Numbered from the stretch's first letter, positions 19,853 through 30,918 are shown. The stretch: 64,000 nucleotides of DNA from a virus (IMGVR_UViG_3300029288_000123:27136-91135); one strand, 5' to 3'. Notes: generated by a model not told the origin, from the letters alone. Translations and numbers: made by a program.

Positions 19853-22800
19853 TTAAGAAGGATACCTTGCAAGCACTAAATCATATATATAATCTTTTTC
19901 ACTTATACTTTCAATAAAATAATTGTTATCTATATTATTATAAGAATCAGTTACATAAACTGTTTGACCCATCTTTAAGAACGATTGTTTTAAAACTGAT
20001 ACTTGAATTTTATCATGGTCTTTTACTACTTCTTTCAACCAGCTTTTGCTTAGTGTATCAAGTTCGGTTTGTAAAAATAAATCGTCTTGCTGAGTTCGGT
20101 CTATTTTTTTTAATCTATCCCCGTATGTTCCTAATAAATTGTTATCATCATATAACGTTGTATCTGTTTCTATACTTGCAGTTACGGTCGTTCCAGATAA
20201 TTCTGCAATAGAACTGCCCACTTCACAACCTACAAAAGTATTGCCTGATATTCCTGTATAAGTAAAAAACTTGTTTTCATCTTTATCTAAATAAACTGTA
20301 ACTGATTGGCTGGAAGAAGGTTCTTCAAAACCTTCCGTGCTTGCTACATAAACAGTTGTATTTCCAAAATTAATATCTTGAGTTAATGTAGTTGTTCGAA
20401 TTAATGTTGCATTAGATTCTAACACTATATCTGTATAAACCGCTATTTCAGAAAACGCCACGACATAATAGCCAGTTTGATACTCAACTTTTGAAACATC
20501 TTCTAAAACAATTTTTAAATATCTAGCTTCAAAACCAATACCCAAATCACTTTCTTCAAAAGAAACAGATTCCCCTCCAGTTAATCCTACATTCGTTGCT
20601 TCATTACTAATAGCATAATAATTAGAATTGTCAGTTGAATATTGCAATGAAAAACTAAAACTAATATCAAATTTATATGATGTCCCTTCGGGTTTAAAAA
20701 ACCCAGCCATAATATCTATAGCTTGAATATTGTAAGTATCACCTAAATCTAAAATCGCAAAATTAAATCCCGTAGGAGGTTGAGCAACCCAAATAGTTTG
20801 AACTTGAGTTGAAAATTTACCGTCTATCATTCTATCTATTGCTTCATATTCTTGCATTACAGCGTCATACCAAAAATCTCCAGTAACAACATCTGTAGCA
20901 ACATCATCTATTAATCCTTTTCTTATATGAAATTCCATATTTTCATAGTCTACTTGAACATCAGAACTCTGATAAATAACGTGATAAGTAGCAGTAGAAA
21001 TACTTGTAACATCGTCTCGTTGTTCATTTGTTCCTAACGGATACGCTCCATTAGCATAATCGAAATATGCTGAATTAGGCGGAACAGTAATAAGAGGAGT
21101 TGCGGTTGCATCATAAAATGTAACCGGATAACTTGGGTCTACCGGAGTTCTATCACAGTATAAAACATAATGATAATAAATTACTCCGCCACTTTGAGGA
21201 GAAGTCCACCAATCATAATGCCAAGCATCTGTTAAAGTCAATTCTTGAGAACCTTCTTCAACTTTGATACCGTTTATTTTGACGAAGGGTGCAGATTTAG
21301 AAGAATTAATCCGCCCACCATCTATTCCTACAACTTTATAAACATAACTATTGCCTTCTGCTCTATCATAATCTAATTCTATATCTATGGCGTGAGCAGT
21401 ATATTCTTCGTCTGTAGTAATAAATTGAGCACCCGTGTTATAACATACGTTTGTAGGGTTTTTATTATTTGCAAATATTTTAACTCTAGTATAGGGGCTA
21501 TCATCGGATAAATAATTAAATTTTTGTTCTAAATTTAAAGTATAATCAGCAGTATCTTTTTGAGATAAATAAGAAGCCCAAATTTTGTTATCTCCCTGTG
21601 TTCTTATAATATAGTTAGGAGCAAGATAATCTTTAAGTTTGGTTATTGCTTCGAATCTATTTTCAATTTCTCGACTTCTAAAATCCATTTTGTTTAGTTC
21701 TATTCCACTACTTTGCAAAGTTGAAAACGTGTAATTTGTATCACAAGTTACAGTAGATGAACTATCAATAGCTTCATTTAAAATTATACGACCATACCGT
21801 AAATCTACATAATTAATAGCACTTCCGCTAGGAATAGTAAAATCCGAAGAAGTTAATTGAGTAATAATATGATTAAATGTAGTATACCATATCTGTCCAG
21901 CAGAATAAGTAGCTGTATATCTTACATAATCACCAGCCGAATGAAAACCTAACGAATTATCTCCACTTAAAGGGATACCTTGTAAAGTATTTCCGCTTCC
22001 TATTGCCGTATATGTAAAAGTATCACCATTAATTTCAACGGAAACCGGCTGCCCCGAATCGGGTTCAGGAAATCCTTCTGTTGATGTTATTATAATATAA
22101 GAAGTATCTCCACTAGCGTCTGGGTCATAATCGGAAGCCAACGTAGTTTCTATAGTAACAGAAGTATCAGAAGAATTAGGTGTCATCGTATCTACAAGTT
22201 TATTTTCTTCTGCATAAAATGTAGACCTCAAATGATTATTAATTAAATCTGTACTAGATTCTTCATCAAATAAATAATTATTGTATCCGTCGGGTTCACA
22301 TAAAATAGATTCTAAAATATCTTCGGCATATAGTCCTTTCGGATAATAATAATACGAACTACAAGTTACACTCCAATCTACAGCATTAATAGCTTTTCCT
22401 AATTTTAATTGACCCGTAGAATTTGAAATTTCAAATCCGTCGTATTGAATTTCTGAATCGTCTAAAGCATTATGTTCAATAACTATAATAGGCAAAGGGT
22501 TGGGGGCAATATTTTCATTAGCAAAATCAAATACCTGAGCAGTATTTTCGTTTGGTTCAGGTAAAAAATTAGGAGTTAATATTTCATCTGTAGCTTCAAC
22601 AGAATCAGCCTCAACAACTAAATCTATATCCCAATTTTTAAGTTTTCCTATATAATCTAAACAAGTTAAAACTATTTCTCGTTCAGTAGCAGATTTGGTT
22701 ATATTTATTTGATTAACTTCACCATAAAATCTTTTCCATTGAGTAGAATCCCCCCTATAATATTCAATATATTCAACAACATCACCTATATATAATTGGT

Positions 22801-23002
22801 AAGTTCCGCCTCTACCAAACAAACCGGCATTATTAAACAAAGTAAAAGAAGCTGTCATTGAACCAAAATCTGTACTTACACTTATAGATTTATCTTTTAA
22901 ATAAGAAGAATAATCCTCCCCGTTTATTTTAAAGAGATAACTTGTTTTTAAATGTTTTAAACTGATTTGTTTGTTAAGAACAGCAGTAAGTGCCCGTGCC
23001 AT
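19853..23002 (-). CDS. tail tip/hub protein with discoidin(F5/8)-like insert
   Basis: Follows the tape measure and a Dit-like gene; LDLG...LQYSTDN...ARYLKI...SEIAVY motif; duplicated TTL...STEGF.EP domain. Confidence 0.7.
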   Translation of the reverse strand: MARALTAVLNKQISLKHLKTSYLFKINGEDYSSYLKDKSISVSTDFGSMTASFTLFNNAGLFGRGGTYQLYIGDVVEYIEYYRGDSTQWKRFYGEVNQINITKSATEREIVLTCLDYIGKLKNWDIDLVVEADSVEATDEILTPNFLPEPNENTAQVFDFANENIAPNPLPIIVIEHNALDDSEIQYDGFEISNSTGQLKLGKAINAVDWSVTCSSYYYYPKGLYAEDILESILCEPDGYNNYLFDEESSTDLINNHLRSTFYAEENKLVDTMTPNSSDTSVTIETTLASDYDPDASGDTSYIIITSTEGFPEPDSGQPVSVEINGDTFTYTAIGSGNTLQGIPLSGDNSLGFHSAGDYVRYTATYSAGQIWYTTFNHIITQLTSSDFTIPSGSAINYVDLRYGRIILNEAIDSSSTVTCDTNYTFSTLQSSGIELNKMDFRSREIENRFEAITKLKDYLAPNYIIRTQGDNKIWASYLSQKDTADYTLNLEQKFNYLSDDSPYTRVKIFANNKNPTNVCYNTGAQFITTDEEYTAHAIDIELDYDRAEGNSYVYKVVGIDGGRINSSKSAPFVKINGIKVEEGSQELTLTDAWHYDWWTSPQSGGVIYYHYVLYCDRTPVDPSYPVTFYDATATPLITVPPNSAYFDYANGAYPLGTNEQRDDVTSISTATYHVIYQSSDVQVDYENMEFHIRKGLIDDVATDVVTGDFWYDAVMQEYEAIDRMIDGKFSTQVQTIWVAQPPTGFNFAILDLGDTYNIQAIDIMAGFFKPEGTSYKFDISFSFSLQYSTDNSNYYAISNEATNVGLTGGESVSFEESDLGIGFEARYLKIVLEDVSKVEYQTGYYVVAFSEIAVYTDIVLESNATLIRTTTLTQDINFGNTTVYVASTEGFEEPSSSQSVTVYLDKDENKFFTYTGISGNTFVGCEVGSSIAELSGTTVTASIETDTTLYDDNNLLGTYGDRLKKIDRTQQDDLFLQTELDTLSKSWLKEVVKDHDKIQVSVLKQSFLKMGQTVYVTDSYNNIDNNYFIESISEKDYIYDLVLARYPS

Positions 23003-23011
23003 AATAGTTCC

Positions 23012-23398
23012 TTATTCTCTTTCAAATGTTACGGTAAAATCTACGTAACTAGGATTGTGTCCTATCAATTCTGTTTTTTTATGACTAACAAAATAACCAA
23101 TATAAACATCTCCATTATGAGTGGTTACTTTTACACGTTCTTCATCATTAATATAATCTAATATTTTTTCGATTATAGCATCATCAACTTCTAAAAATTT
23201 CCATTCAAAAATTAAAGAATCATCAACAGAAGTGTTTTCTGGTGTATAAAAAGATTTAGACCCATCAGCTAAAACTACAGTTACCCTAGTCGAATCTGTA
23301 TTATCTGTTAATGGTGCATTTGGTCTATAAATAGTTCCGTCGCTTACCCACACATCTCCTGAACTCCAAATCTGAACTGCCCAAGTTCCTCTGCTCAT
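23012..23398 (-). CDS. distal tail (Dit-like) protein
   Basis: Small beta-rich protein between the tape measure and hub, ending VTFERE. Confidence 0.5.
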   Translation of the reverse strand: MSRGTWAVQIWSSGDVWVSDGTIYRPNAPLTDNTDSTRVTVVLADGSKSFYTPENTSVDDSLIFEWKFLEVDDAIIEKILDYINDEERVKVTTHNGDVYIGYFVSHKKTELIGHNPSYVDFTVTFERE

Positions 23399-23416
23399 AT
23401 CTTACTCCGTTAATTT

Positions 23417-26400
23417 TTATGTTATTCCTCTTCTGCTATCTACTGAAAATTCGTCATCTATATTAGATTTCGATGCAAAATAAGCCGACTCTGGTAATAT
23501 ATATGTTTCTATTGTTTGTCTTAATGCTACCAGATTTCTGTTTACAATAGATAATTCTGAATTTGTCACATCTATTTTTGAGGCTACCCCTTTTACTCCT
23601 CGATGTTCTTCAGCTAAATGTGAATAATCTTCTTCGTCATCATCTTTTCCAAAGAGATTTCCCCACAATAAACTACCGACACTTAAAACACTTCCTATTA
23701 CTGGTATCATAGAACTTATAGAAGACACTAAATTAGATTGAAGCAATCCCCCCAATCCTCCCATTATTCCACCAGCAACTCCGCTAGCACTATATCCTCC
23801 CATTGCAGAAGTCAAAGTCCCTGTTAAAGCAGAAACAATATCTCCACCCACATTGCCTGCTTTTTTAGTTGCTGTATCAGTCGTTCCTCCTAAAACACTG
23901 TTCGCTGTAGCGGAAAAATTTCGATTCCAAATTATACTTGCTTGTGTAATTCCGTCTACGTGACCATTATATTCTTTCATATAAACATAATCGCCACCCA
24001 CTTGATGACCCAAATCTATTTTTGTTCCAATATCAGCAAATATAGATTGAATATTAGCAAACCCTTCTCCCCAACCTTCTCCTAATCCACTAGTTGCGGT
24101 AGCAAGATTCCCAAAAATATCACCAAAGTTTTCTGCCATAGATTCTCTAAATTTAGAAGATATTTCATCAAAAAATGAAGATATATCTGTATTGCCTCTT
24201 AAAATATCTGTAAACACACTAGAAACAGCGTCTTTTGCTTGAGCAGAATAATCTGCTATAATTGATAATCTCTCAACTAATAACTTGTTATGTAACTTTT
24301 CAAGTTCAATTTCGCCTTCTTTATCTTTATAAGCAATTAAAGCGTTTTCTTTTAACTGAATTTCATATTGTAATAATTGTTCTTTAGTATATAAGCCCGA
24401 AGCATTTAATAATTCGAGTTGATTAGCGATAGCCAATTCTTCTTGTTGTTTATCTGTAATTGCACCGTATTTTTTTTCCATATCTTCTAAAGAAGCGTCT
24501 CTCAACTTCAGAATTTTATTAATAATATCTTCAGCATATCCGCCTTCAAGAAACCCTTTATAAATATCTTCGGGTTTCATTTGCATTATTTCTCGAATAG
24601 ACAAATCAACAGTAGGAATAGTTTTAAGTTTACCTAAAGATTCTTTTGCTTTATTAGCTTCAACGGTTTTACCTTCTTCTTCTAACTTTTTAATCAACTC
24701 TTCTTGATTTTTTATGGCTGTTCTGCGGGTTCTATCCTGAGTTTCCATTATTTGTAAAATTTGTTCTTGCTTAATAATAAAAGAATCTACTCCCGCAATT
24801 TCCATCATAGCTAAATCATGACTATCTTCTAATGCCTGAAGTCTTTCTTTCTGAATAAACGTTAATTCTTTAGTTGCTTTTCCTATACTATCTTGAGCGT
24901 CTTTTTGCTGAACGAGTAAATTATAAATATTTAGATAAGCTCCTTGCAACTCTTCAGCAACTATTCCTTCTTTATTTAAAAACTCTATTATTTCAGATTG
25001 AGCATCTAAAATGTTTTTGTGTTTGTTAGCTTTTTCTTTAAGAAAACTAACAATCTTTTCCTGTTGAGAAACTTCTCTCTCACTTGTTTTTTCAGTAGAA
25101 ATTTTTAATGGTTTTACACCTAAATCTTCCGTTACTTTTGCTAATAAAACAATTTCATCTATAGCATTACCAAGAACGTCCCCAGCCCCACTAGCTTTTA
25201 ACCCAAAAAACATTTTTTGTAGTGCTTTAAACGGATTAAAAGTAGGTTCTCCTAATTTTTTATATTCATCAAACAATTTTTCAAAATACTGAGAATCTGT
25301 TCCTAACCCAAACCCTTTAATATATTCCTGAGCTAACTGCATATTTTTACTAAATTTTTCGGCTTCTACAGTTATTCCTGCAAAAAAGTTTTTTAACCCC
25401 CCACTAGATTCAGTAGAAGAAACGGTTGCTGTTCTCCACATTTTTTTAAGAATAGTTCCCCAATCGCTCTCAGCCAGTTCTTTTAATTTTTGAGCAGTTC
25501 CGTCTATTTGTTCAGGAGTTTTTTCTATTTCTTCATTCCATTTTTCCCACTGAGTTAAAATACTAAGAATTGCTCTAGACCCCCTATCACCAAAAACATC
25601 AATCAAATCATTTGTATAACTCAATGACCCTCTTTGAGCATCAAACTGGGCTTTTAATTGAGTCATAACATCATAAAAATCAAGAGGTTTATTTGGGTCA
25701 AAAACAATTCCTAATTCTCTTAATTTGCTAGATTCTTTAGCAATTTGAACAAATGCCTGAGCTAAATATCTTGCACCTTTCCCACCTCTTAACATACCAT
25801 CACTCATAACAGCAGTTGTGCTAATAAGAGTTTTTAAATCTATATTTAAAGAGTTTCCTACACTAGCCAAATAACCCATGGCAGTGTTGATTTCAGATAA
25901 TTCTATTTGATTATTTTTCCAAGCATCTGCTAACAAATCTGTTATATATTGAATTTTTTTAGAGGTTGACCCCACTTTTTCAAGGTCTTTATCAAAAACA
26001 TTTAAAATACCAGAAACAACTTTTCCGGATTCAGCAACATTTCCAAATGTTCCTATAGCAAGGTTTAAAACATCATCAAACCCTTTCATTATTTCTTCTG
26101 TTGACCTACCAGCAGTTCCTAACTGATACATAGCTTCAGTTATATCTGCTATTGACCTTCCGCTTGTAACATAATATTTTTTAACCTCTGCTTCTAAAGC
26201 CCTATAAGTTTTTAATTGAGTAGTATTAGTATAAGTCGCAACAGCCATTACTCGTTTCATTTTTTCGTCAAGTTCAGTATAAACCTGAATAATATCTTTA
26301 ACTGCTCCAACAACCAAACTCATAGCCAACCGTATCGCTTGCCAAATAGGAACAACTGCCAATGCTCTTATTGCTAACTTTGCTTGAGATTCAATTAGAC

Positions 26401-26728
26401 CTTGATTTGCTAAAGTAAATTGTTTAACAGATTGACCAGTAACTCTAGTATTGTTGCTAAATGTACTTAAAAGACTGTCCCCTTCTTTAAGGCTTGTATT
26501 TATAGTATTAACAGCTTTATCAGCGTGCTGAGTTGTAATTTTATATTGATTTATTGCTTCTCCGTTTTTAAACAGAGTTGTTTTCTGTGCATCTAGAATT
26601 TTAGTAACAGGAGCTACGTTCATTCCTAGCTGTTTATATTGTGTATCTAATGCTTGGAGTTGGCTTGCTCCTTCTTGAGCTCCAGTAGCATCAGCAACAA
26701 TTTTAATTATATAAGTTTCAGTATTCAT
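23417..26728 (-). CDS. tail tape measure protein (TP901-type core)
   Basis: 1103 aa helical; EAMYQLGTAG, TDLLA.A, FG.RG core; Gly-rich hydrophobic C-terminus. Confidence 0.92.
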   Translation of the reverse strand: MNTETYIIKIVADATGAQEGASQLQALDTQYKQLGMNVAPVTKILDAQKTTLFKNGEAINQYKITTQHADKAVNTINTSLKEGDSLLSTFSNNTRVTGQSVKQFTLANQGLIESQAKLAIRALAVVPIWQAIRLAMSLVVGAVKDIIQVYTELDEKMKRVMAVATYTNTTQLKTYRALEAEVKKYYVTSGRSIADITEAMYQLGTAGRSTEEIMKGFDDVLNLAIGTFGNVAESGKVVSGILNVFDKDLEKVGSTSKKIQYITDLLADAWKNNQIELSEINTAMGYLASVGNSLNIDLKTLISTTAVMSDGMLRGGKGARYLAQAFVQIAKESSKLRELGIVFDPNKPLDFYDVMTQLKAQFDAQRGSLSYTNDLIDVFGDRGSRAILSILTQWEKWNEEIEKTPEQIDGTAQKLKELAESDWGTILKKMWRTATVSSTESSGGLKNFFAGITVEAEKFSKNMQLAQEYIKGFGLGTDSQYFEKLFDEYKKLGEPTFNPFKALQKMFFGLKASGAGDVLGNAIDEIVLLAKVTEDLGVKPLKISTEKTSEREVSQQEKIVSFLKEKANKHKNILDAQSEIIEFLNKEGIVAEELQGAYLNIYNLLVQQKDAQDSIGKATKELTFIQKERLQALEDSHDLAMMEIAGVDSFIIKQEQILQIMETQDRTRRTAIKNQEELIKKLEEEGKTVEANKAKESLGKLKTIPTVDLSIREIMQMKPEDIYKGFLEGGYAEDIINKILKLRDASLEDMEKKYGAITDKQQEELAIANQLELLNASGLYTKEQLLQYEIQLKENALIAYKDKEGEIELEKLHNKLLVERLSIIADYSAQAKDAVSSVFTDILRGNTDISSFFDEISSKFRESMAENFGDIFGNLATATSGLGEGWGEGFANIQSIFADIGTKIDLGHQVGGDYVYMKEYNGHVDGITQASIIWNRNFSATANSVLGGTTDTATKKAGNVGGDIVSALTGTLTSAMGGYSASGVAGGIMGGLGGLLQSNLVSSISSMIPVIGSVLSVGSLLWGNLFGKDDDEEDYSHLAEEHRGVKGVASKIDVTNSELSIVNRNLVALRQTIETYILPESAYFASKSNIDDEFSVDSRRGIT

Positions 26729-27099
26729 TGTCTATTCTTTCTGTTTGCAGTAAAAACAATACTATCAGTATGTAAATTCTTTGGCTTCAGTTTTTTATTT
26801 AATGTATTTGATGGTTGCCTTTGTTCTTTATCTCTCTTTCGTTTCTCTCTACTATATACAAACCAAGAATCTATATAAATATCATCTTCTAAAACTTTGT
26901 CAGTAACTTCGCCCATAGATACTTCCATATAAATTTGAGAATAATAATTTAACAAATCTACAAATTCTAATTGTAAACCCGAAAAATTAAAATTATTTGC
27001 AAAAAGCAAATTAGCAGTTTCCTTAGATAACCCAAATATACTTTGCCACTTCCTGCTTTTAGCCAGCGTTTTCAATAATTTATAATAATTTTTTATCAT
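26725..27099 (-). CDS. tail assembly chaperone, T-like part
   Basis: Directly upstream of the tape measure; in the +1 frame relative to the preceding gene. Confidence 0.55.
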   Translation of the reverse strand: MIKNYYKLLKTLAKSRKWQSIFGLSKETANLLFANNFNFSGLQLEFVDLLNYYSQIYMEVSMGEVTDKVLEDDIYIDSWFVYSREKRKRDKEQRQPSNTLNKKLKPKNLHTDSIVFTANRKNRQ

Positions 27100-27100
27100 A

Positions 27101-27757
27101 CTAAAAAATCATTTCTCCTCGACTAATTAAAGTGCTATTGAAAGTAATCAAATATAATAGTTTTTCGTCTTTTTCGTTTTCATATTCTTTCCAAGATTTC
27201 CAAACTTTTTCATATTTATCGGGTTCATTTTCTTTTGCTATATTAACTTCGGCTAATAGATAAGCTAAATAACTATATCCATACAACGTGCTTTGTTGTT
27301 CAATGCTTATTTCTAACAAAGAAGTTTTCTTTATAGATAATTGATGTTGTTGAGATTTTATGTCTTCTATAATATCTTTTAATTTTTTAAGTTCAGACAT
27401 CAACTTTTTCTCTAACGCTTCGCCGAGTTTTATTTTATAATCTTTTTTTTGTCTTTCAAGTTCTAAAATTTCTGTATCAATAGCGTTTATATCTATTCCT
27501 CGGTCTTTATATTGTTTAATTAAATCTTTTTCCAACATATAAGATTTGTCTTGAATAAGTTCAGTATCTTTCTTAACTTTGGCTTGATAAAGGTCAGATT
27601 TCTGTTTTTGTGTGGGTTTCTGAACTCTATATTTTTTGTTGTTATGTTCAAATACAATTTCATTGTTTATCAAAATATTTTCGAGCTCATCTAAATTAAC
27701 AGATTCTTTTATTTCTGCCAGTATATCTTTTTCTTTTTTTTCCGTACTTTCAGTCAT
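27101..27757 (-). CDS. tail assembly chaperone, G-like
   Basis: Between the tail tube and tape measure; ATG 27757 has AAGGA SD; ends ATT TTT TAG. Confidence 0.55.
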   Translation of the reverse strand: MTESTEKKEKDILAEIKESVNLDELENILINNEIVFEHNNKKYRVQKPTQKQKSDLYQAKVKKDTELIQDKSYMLEKDLIKQYKDRGIDINAIDTEILELERQKKDYKIKLGEALEKKLMSELKKLKDIIEDIKSQQHQLSIKKTSLLEISIEQQSTLYGYSYLAYLLAEVNIAKENEPDKYEKVWKSWKEYENEKDEKLLYLITFNSTLISRGEMIF

Positions 27758-27792
27758 TGTATTGTCCTTTCTTACCGTTATTTTATCCATAT

Positions 27793-27836
27793 AAACAAAA
27801 AGAGCAGGTTAGAGTTTTTTCCACTCTTTCCTGCTC
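27793..27836 (-). terminator. intrinsic terminator
   Basis: GAGCAGG-AA-AGAGU..ACUCU-AA-CCUGCUC followed by UUUUUGUUU on the minus strand. Confidence 0.7.
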
Positions 27837-28096
27837 GATTGATTTGAATTAAAAACTATTGTGTCTTTATGTGGTTTTTGTTTATTTTTAAAAATTATTG
27901 TATCCTTACTCGACCCTCTAGCTAACAACAAATTACATAAAGCCCTGAATTCTTCATAAACTATTTCTTTAATATTGGATTTTAACAGTTCTCTGTTACC
28001 CAATATTTCAAACCTTTTACAAATCTTACCGACCAGAGAAATACTCGTTCCTTTAACAATATTCTCTACTTGTTCCTTACTTATATGAATTTCCAT
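27809..28096 (-). CDS. hypothetical protein in the tail module
   Basis: ORF with SD; internal KDTI(I/V)F repeat. Confidence 0.6.
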   Translation of the reverse strand: MEIHISKEQVENIVKGTSISLVGKICKRFEILGNRELLKSNIKEIVYEEFRALCNLLLARGSSKDTIIFKNKQKPHKDTIVFNSNQSSRKEWKKL

Positions 28097-28128
28097 ACAC
28101 TTACCTTTCTATATATAATTCTTTGCTG

Positions 28129-28191
28129 AGGTAGGGTCAGATATACCTTAACCCCTAATCTCAAGCGAGAGACCCCATTCTGTGCGTTTTT
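28129..28191 (-). repeat. bipartite intergenic element, copy B
   Basis: Minus strand AAAAACGCACAGAAtggggtcTCTCGCTTGAGATT..AGGTATATCTGACCCTACCT. Confidence 0.75.
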
Positions 28192-28228
28192 GGGGCATAT
28201 CTGAGGTCTCTCGTTATTAATTTCTCCG

Positions 28229-29473
28229 TTATGACCAGTTAGTTAACTCTGTCGTATTATCCGCTATAATAGCTTCTTCGCCTTCAAGAGTGTTACCTTC
28301 TGTTAAATGAGTTTCTACAGGAGCACTATCATCTAAACTTGTAGGAGCTAAATCTTTAAGTTTCATTCCTAACAGAAAATCACTAGCACTCTTAGTTGAA
28401 TTAGCATAAATATATACATAAAATACTATATCTGTAGCAAATTCTCGAATATCTATCTTAGCGTAATCTGCACTTTGACCTGATAATATTTCAGGAAGTG
28501 TAAGAGTTTCAACTATTCTTCCAAGTGTTACTTTTGTAGTAATAGTATTTACTCCTCTCGCAACAACTTCACTGTTACCAAGTTCTTTAACATCATTTCT
28601 ATCAAATGTAACTTCAACAGAAGCGTTTTGTAATCTGTATAAATAATTTCCAGAACCCATATAAATACTTACACAATCACCACGAATACCAGCTAAATCA
28701 GTTGTATTAGAAGTAAACGGTGTAGCATCAGTAATGTAACTGCTAGCAGTATAATAAGCTTTAATTACATCGCCCTCTTCAGTATCTAAAATAGTGATAG
28801 TCGTTGAACCAGAATTATAAGTATAATCTGTTGTAAGAGATAATTCAGTAACAACACCACTTCTCTCTCTGGTAATTCTATCAAAATAAGAATTACTAAT
28901 GTTAGGGTCTACCACGGGTGCAGGATAATCAGCAAAATCTCCCGAACCTATTACTATAGTTTCATTGTCTCCGCCAGCCATCGTATCTGTTAAATAAATT
29001 AGATACTTATTTGTTCCTTGATAATCTATTCTATCTTCACCAACAAAATTAAATGTCCTTTCTATCAGAGCATCTGGAGCACTCATATTCAACGTAAAAC
29101 TAGACAATCTTAAATTAGGATACCAACGTGTAAATAAAAAGGTGTTATCTTCATCTGTTATATATCCCGCAATATTAATTTGCGAAGTTTTGAAATCCGT
29201 CATCTCTACAGAAGTCGAAGCTAAGGATTGATTTGCTAACTGATTAAAAAATTCCATTGAACCATATTCATTTTGTCTTAATGTTACCGGAACATTAGGA
29301 ATATTTTTAATATAACCAACAACCCCAACTGTTCCTAATTCATTAACTTTATCTCTACTCAAATCTGGAGTAGAAGTCAGTTCTTGTGCCCTGTCTATTT
29401 CCGTAGGTACAGCAGTACCTTTATAAGGAAATACTTTAGGACAATATTTGCTTGTATGAACAACTGCACTCAT
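28229..29473 (-). CDS. major tail tube protein
   Basis: 414 aa with two internally similar halves (RD.VNELG...VGY / RNDVKELG...ARG); position after the neck genes. Confidence 0.7.
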   Translation of the reverse strand: MSAVVHTSKYCPKVFPYKGTAVPTEIDRAQELTSTPDLSRDKVNELGTVGVVGYIKNIPNVPVTLRQNEYGSMEFFNQLANQSLASTSVEMTDFKTSQINIAGYITDEDNTFLFTRWYPNLRLSSFTLNMSAPDALIERTFNFVGEDRIDYQGTNKYLIYLTDTMAGGDNETIVIGSGDFADYPAPVVDPNISNSYFDRITRERSGVVTELSLTTDYTYNSGSTTITILDTEEGDVIKAYYTASSYITDATPFTSNTTDLAGIRGDCVSIYMGSGNYLYRLQNASVEVTFDRNDVKELGNSEVVARGVNTITTKVTLGRIVETLTLPEILSGQSADYAKIDIREFATDIVFYVYIYANSTKSASDFLLGMKLKDLAPTSLDDSAPVETHLTEGNTLEGEEAIIADNTTELTNWS

Positions 29474-29528
29474 ATTATTAGTTCCTCCTTTGAACTTTCA
29501 TAAAAGATAATAACCTCTCCTTAGACTA

Positions 29529-30032
29529 TTATCCCGTTACTGCTAGTGATTTAATATATGTATCAATATTTGCCTCTAACCATATTTTAGTCAAGGCAAC
29601 ATAATTCATGGGTCTAATTGGTTTTTTTGGATAAACATAATATCCTTGATTTCCAAAAGTCAATCTTTCAGTATTAATATTTGTCATTGGCGGGTTTCCT
29701 TGACCAAAAAAACCTCTTGTATAGGGTGGAATATATGCTCCCCCCGTCCACATTTGACCAGTATCAATAACATACCACCAAGGAGCTGTCTGTTGTAAAA
29801 CAGAAAGTTCTCCTATTCCATAAGAACTATCATCTATAGAATGACTAGCATCTAAAATCGCTCGTTCAGTAACTCCTTCATTAGGAGTTCGTTTAACATT
29901 ACTGGTAATAGTATCAGACATATATTTTGCTGTATCTTGCCCTAACAATTGAACAGCTTTTTTTATTTGTTCAATTTTTAGTTTAATATCTCTTTGAATA
30001 TCGCCTTGTTTAACTATAGTCATTTTAATCAT
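29529..30032 (-). CDS. tail completion protein (HK97 gp10-like)
   Basis: APWWYVIDTG...PIRPMNY motif; synteny. Confidence 0.55.
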   Translation of the reverse strand: MIKMTIVKQGDIQRDIKLKIEQIKKAVQLLGQDTAKYMSDTITSNVKRTPNEGVTERAILDASHSIDDSSYGIGELSVLQQTAPWWYVIDTGQMWTGGAYIPPYTRGFFGQGNPPMTNINTERLTFGNQGYYVYPKKPIRPMNYVALTKIWLEANIDTYIKSLAVTG

Positions 30033-30034
30033 AA

Positions 30035-30517
30035 TTAAAAATGTTTCTCCAAAGAAACAACAAGTTTATGTCTAAATTTATCTCGAACATGAGGTTCACC
30101 TACAGTTGTTAATGGATAATTAGAAATAAATTTTACAAATCCTACCCTTGTTCCAGAATCAGTAGCGTCTAATGTGCTTTTATCGTCGGGGTCATTTGCA
30201 AAAGTATAATAAGGAAAACCCAATTTTAATTTAGAAGTAATATAATCTACTAAATCCCAAGTTATTCCTCTGCTTTTTCCGAAAATATTTATATCTACAC
30301 TAAATGTTTCAAACATACTATTTGACCCTAGTTCTGCTCTTGATTCTTCTTTGCTTATCATTTCTATTACAATTATAGGTAACGAAATAGAAGTTTTATA
30401 AGCATCATCATAAACAAGTGTAGTTGTTACTCCAGACCAATCAGCAGTAAAACAAGTGTCTAAATATCGTTTAATACTCTTTTGAACGTTTCTTGATTTT
30501 CTATAATAATTACTCAT
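30035..30517 (-). CDS. tail terminator protein
   Basis: LPIIVI...ELG...VDINIFG pattern; synteny. Confidence 0.55.
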   Translation of the reverse strand: MSNYYRKSRNVQKSIKRYLDTCFTADWSGVTTTLVYDDAYKTSISLPIIVIEMISKEESRAELGSNSMFETFSVDINIFGKSRGITWDLVDYITSKLKLGFPYYTFANDPDDKSTLDATDSGTRVGFVKFISNYPLTTVGEPHVRDKFRHKLVVSLEKHF

Positions 30518-30918
30518 TACATTTTTCTCTTTAAAGATATTCGAATTAAATTAAATGGGCGAGATTGAATATATAAAGAACTTCCATCTTTATATATCTC
30601 ATATTCGTTGCCCGCAATTTCTATTTTACTTGCTTGTTCAAAATAGTTTCTATATCTTTTTTCACAATAAAAATCTAAGGCTTGTTCTATACCTTTTCCT
30701 ATTCCTCTATAAACTACTTTCGCCCCTGATATATCAACAGCATAACCTTTAATCGTGACAGGATTAAGATTTGTCTTTGTTGCAGACACATCTCCTTCAT
30801 CAGGGTCGTAACCATCAGGATAAGATAGATAAGAAAAATAAATTCTACATTTAACACATATAGCAGAATTTTTTAACAAAGACTCTATATAAGAATTATG
30901 TTTAAAATCAAATCTCAT
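30517..30918 (-). CDS. head closure/stopper-like protein
   Basis: YDPDEG...KIEIAGNEYEI beta pattern; synteny. Confidence 0.5.
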   Translation of the reverse strand: MRFDFKHNSYIESLLKNSAICVKCRIYFSYLSYPDGYDPDEGDVSATKTNLNPVTIKGYAVDISGAKVVYRGIGKGIEQALDFYCEKRYRNYFEQASKIEIAGNEYEIYKDGSSLYIQSRPFNLIRISLKRKM

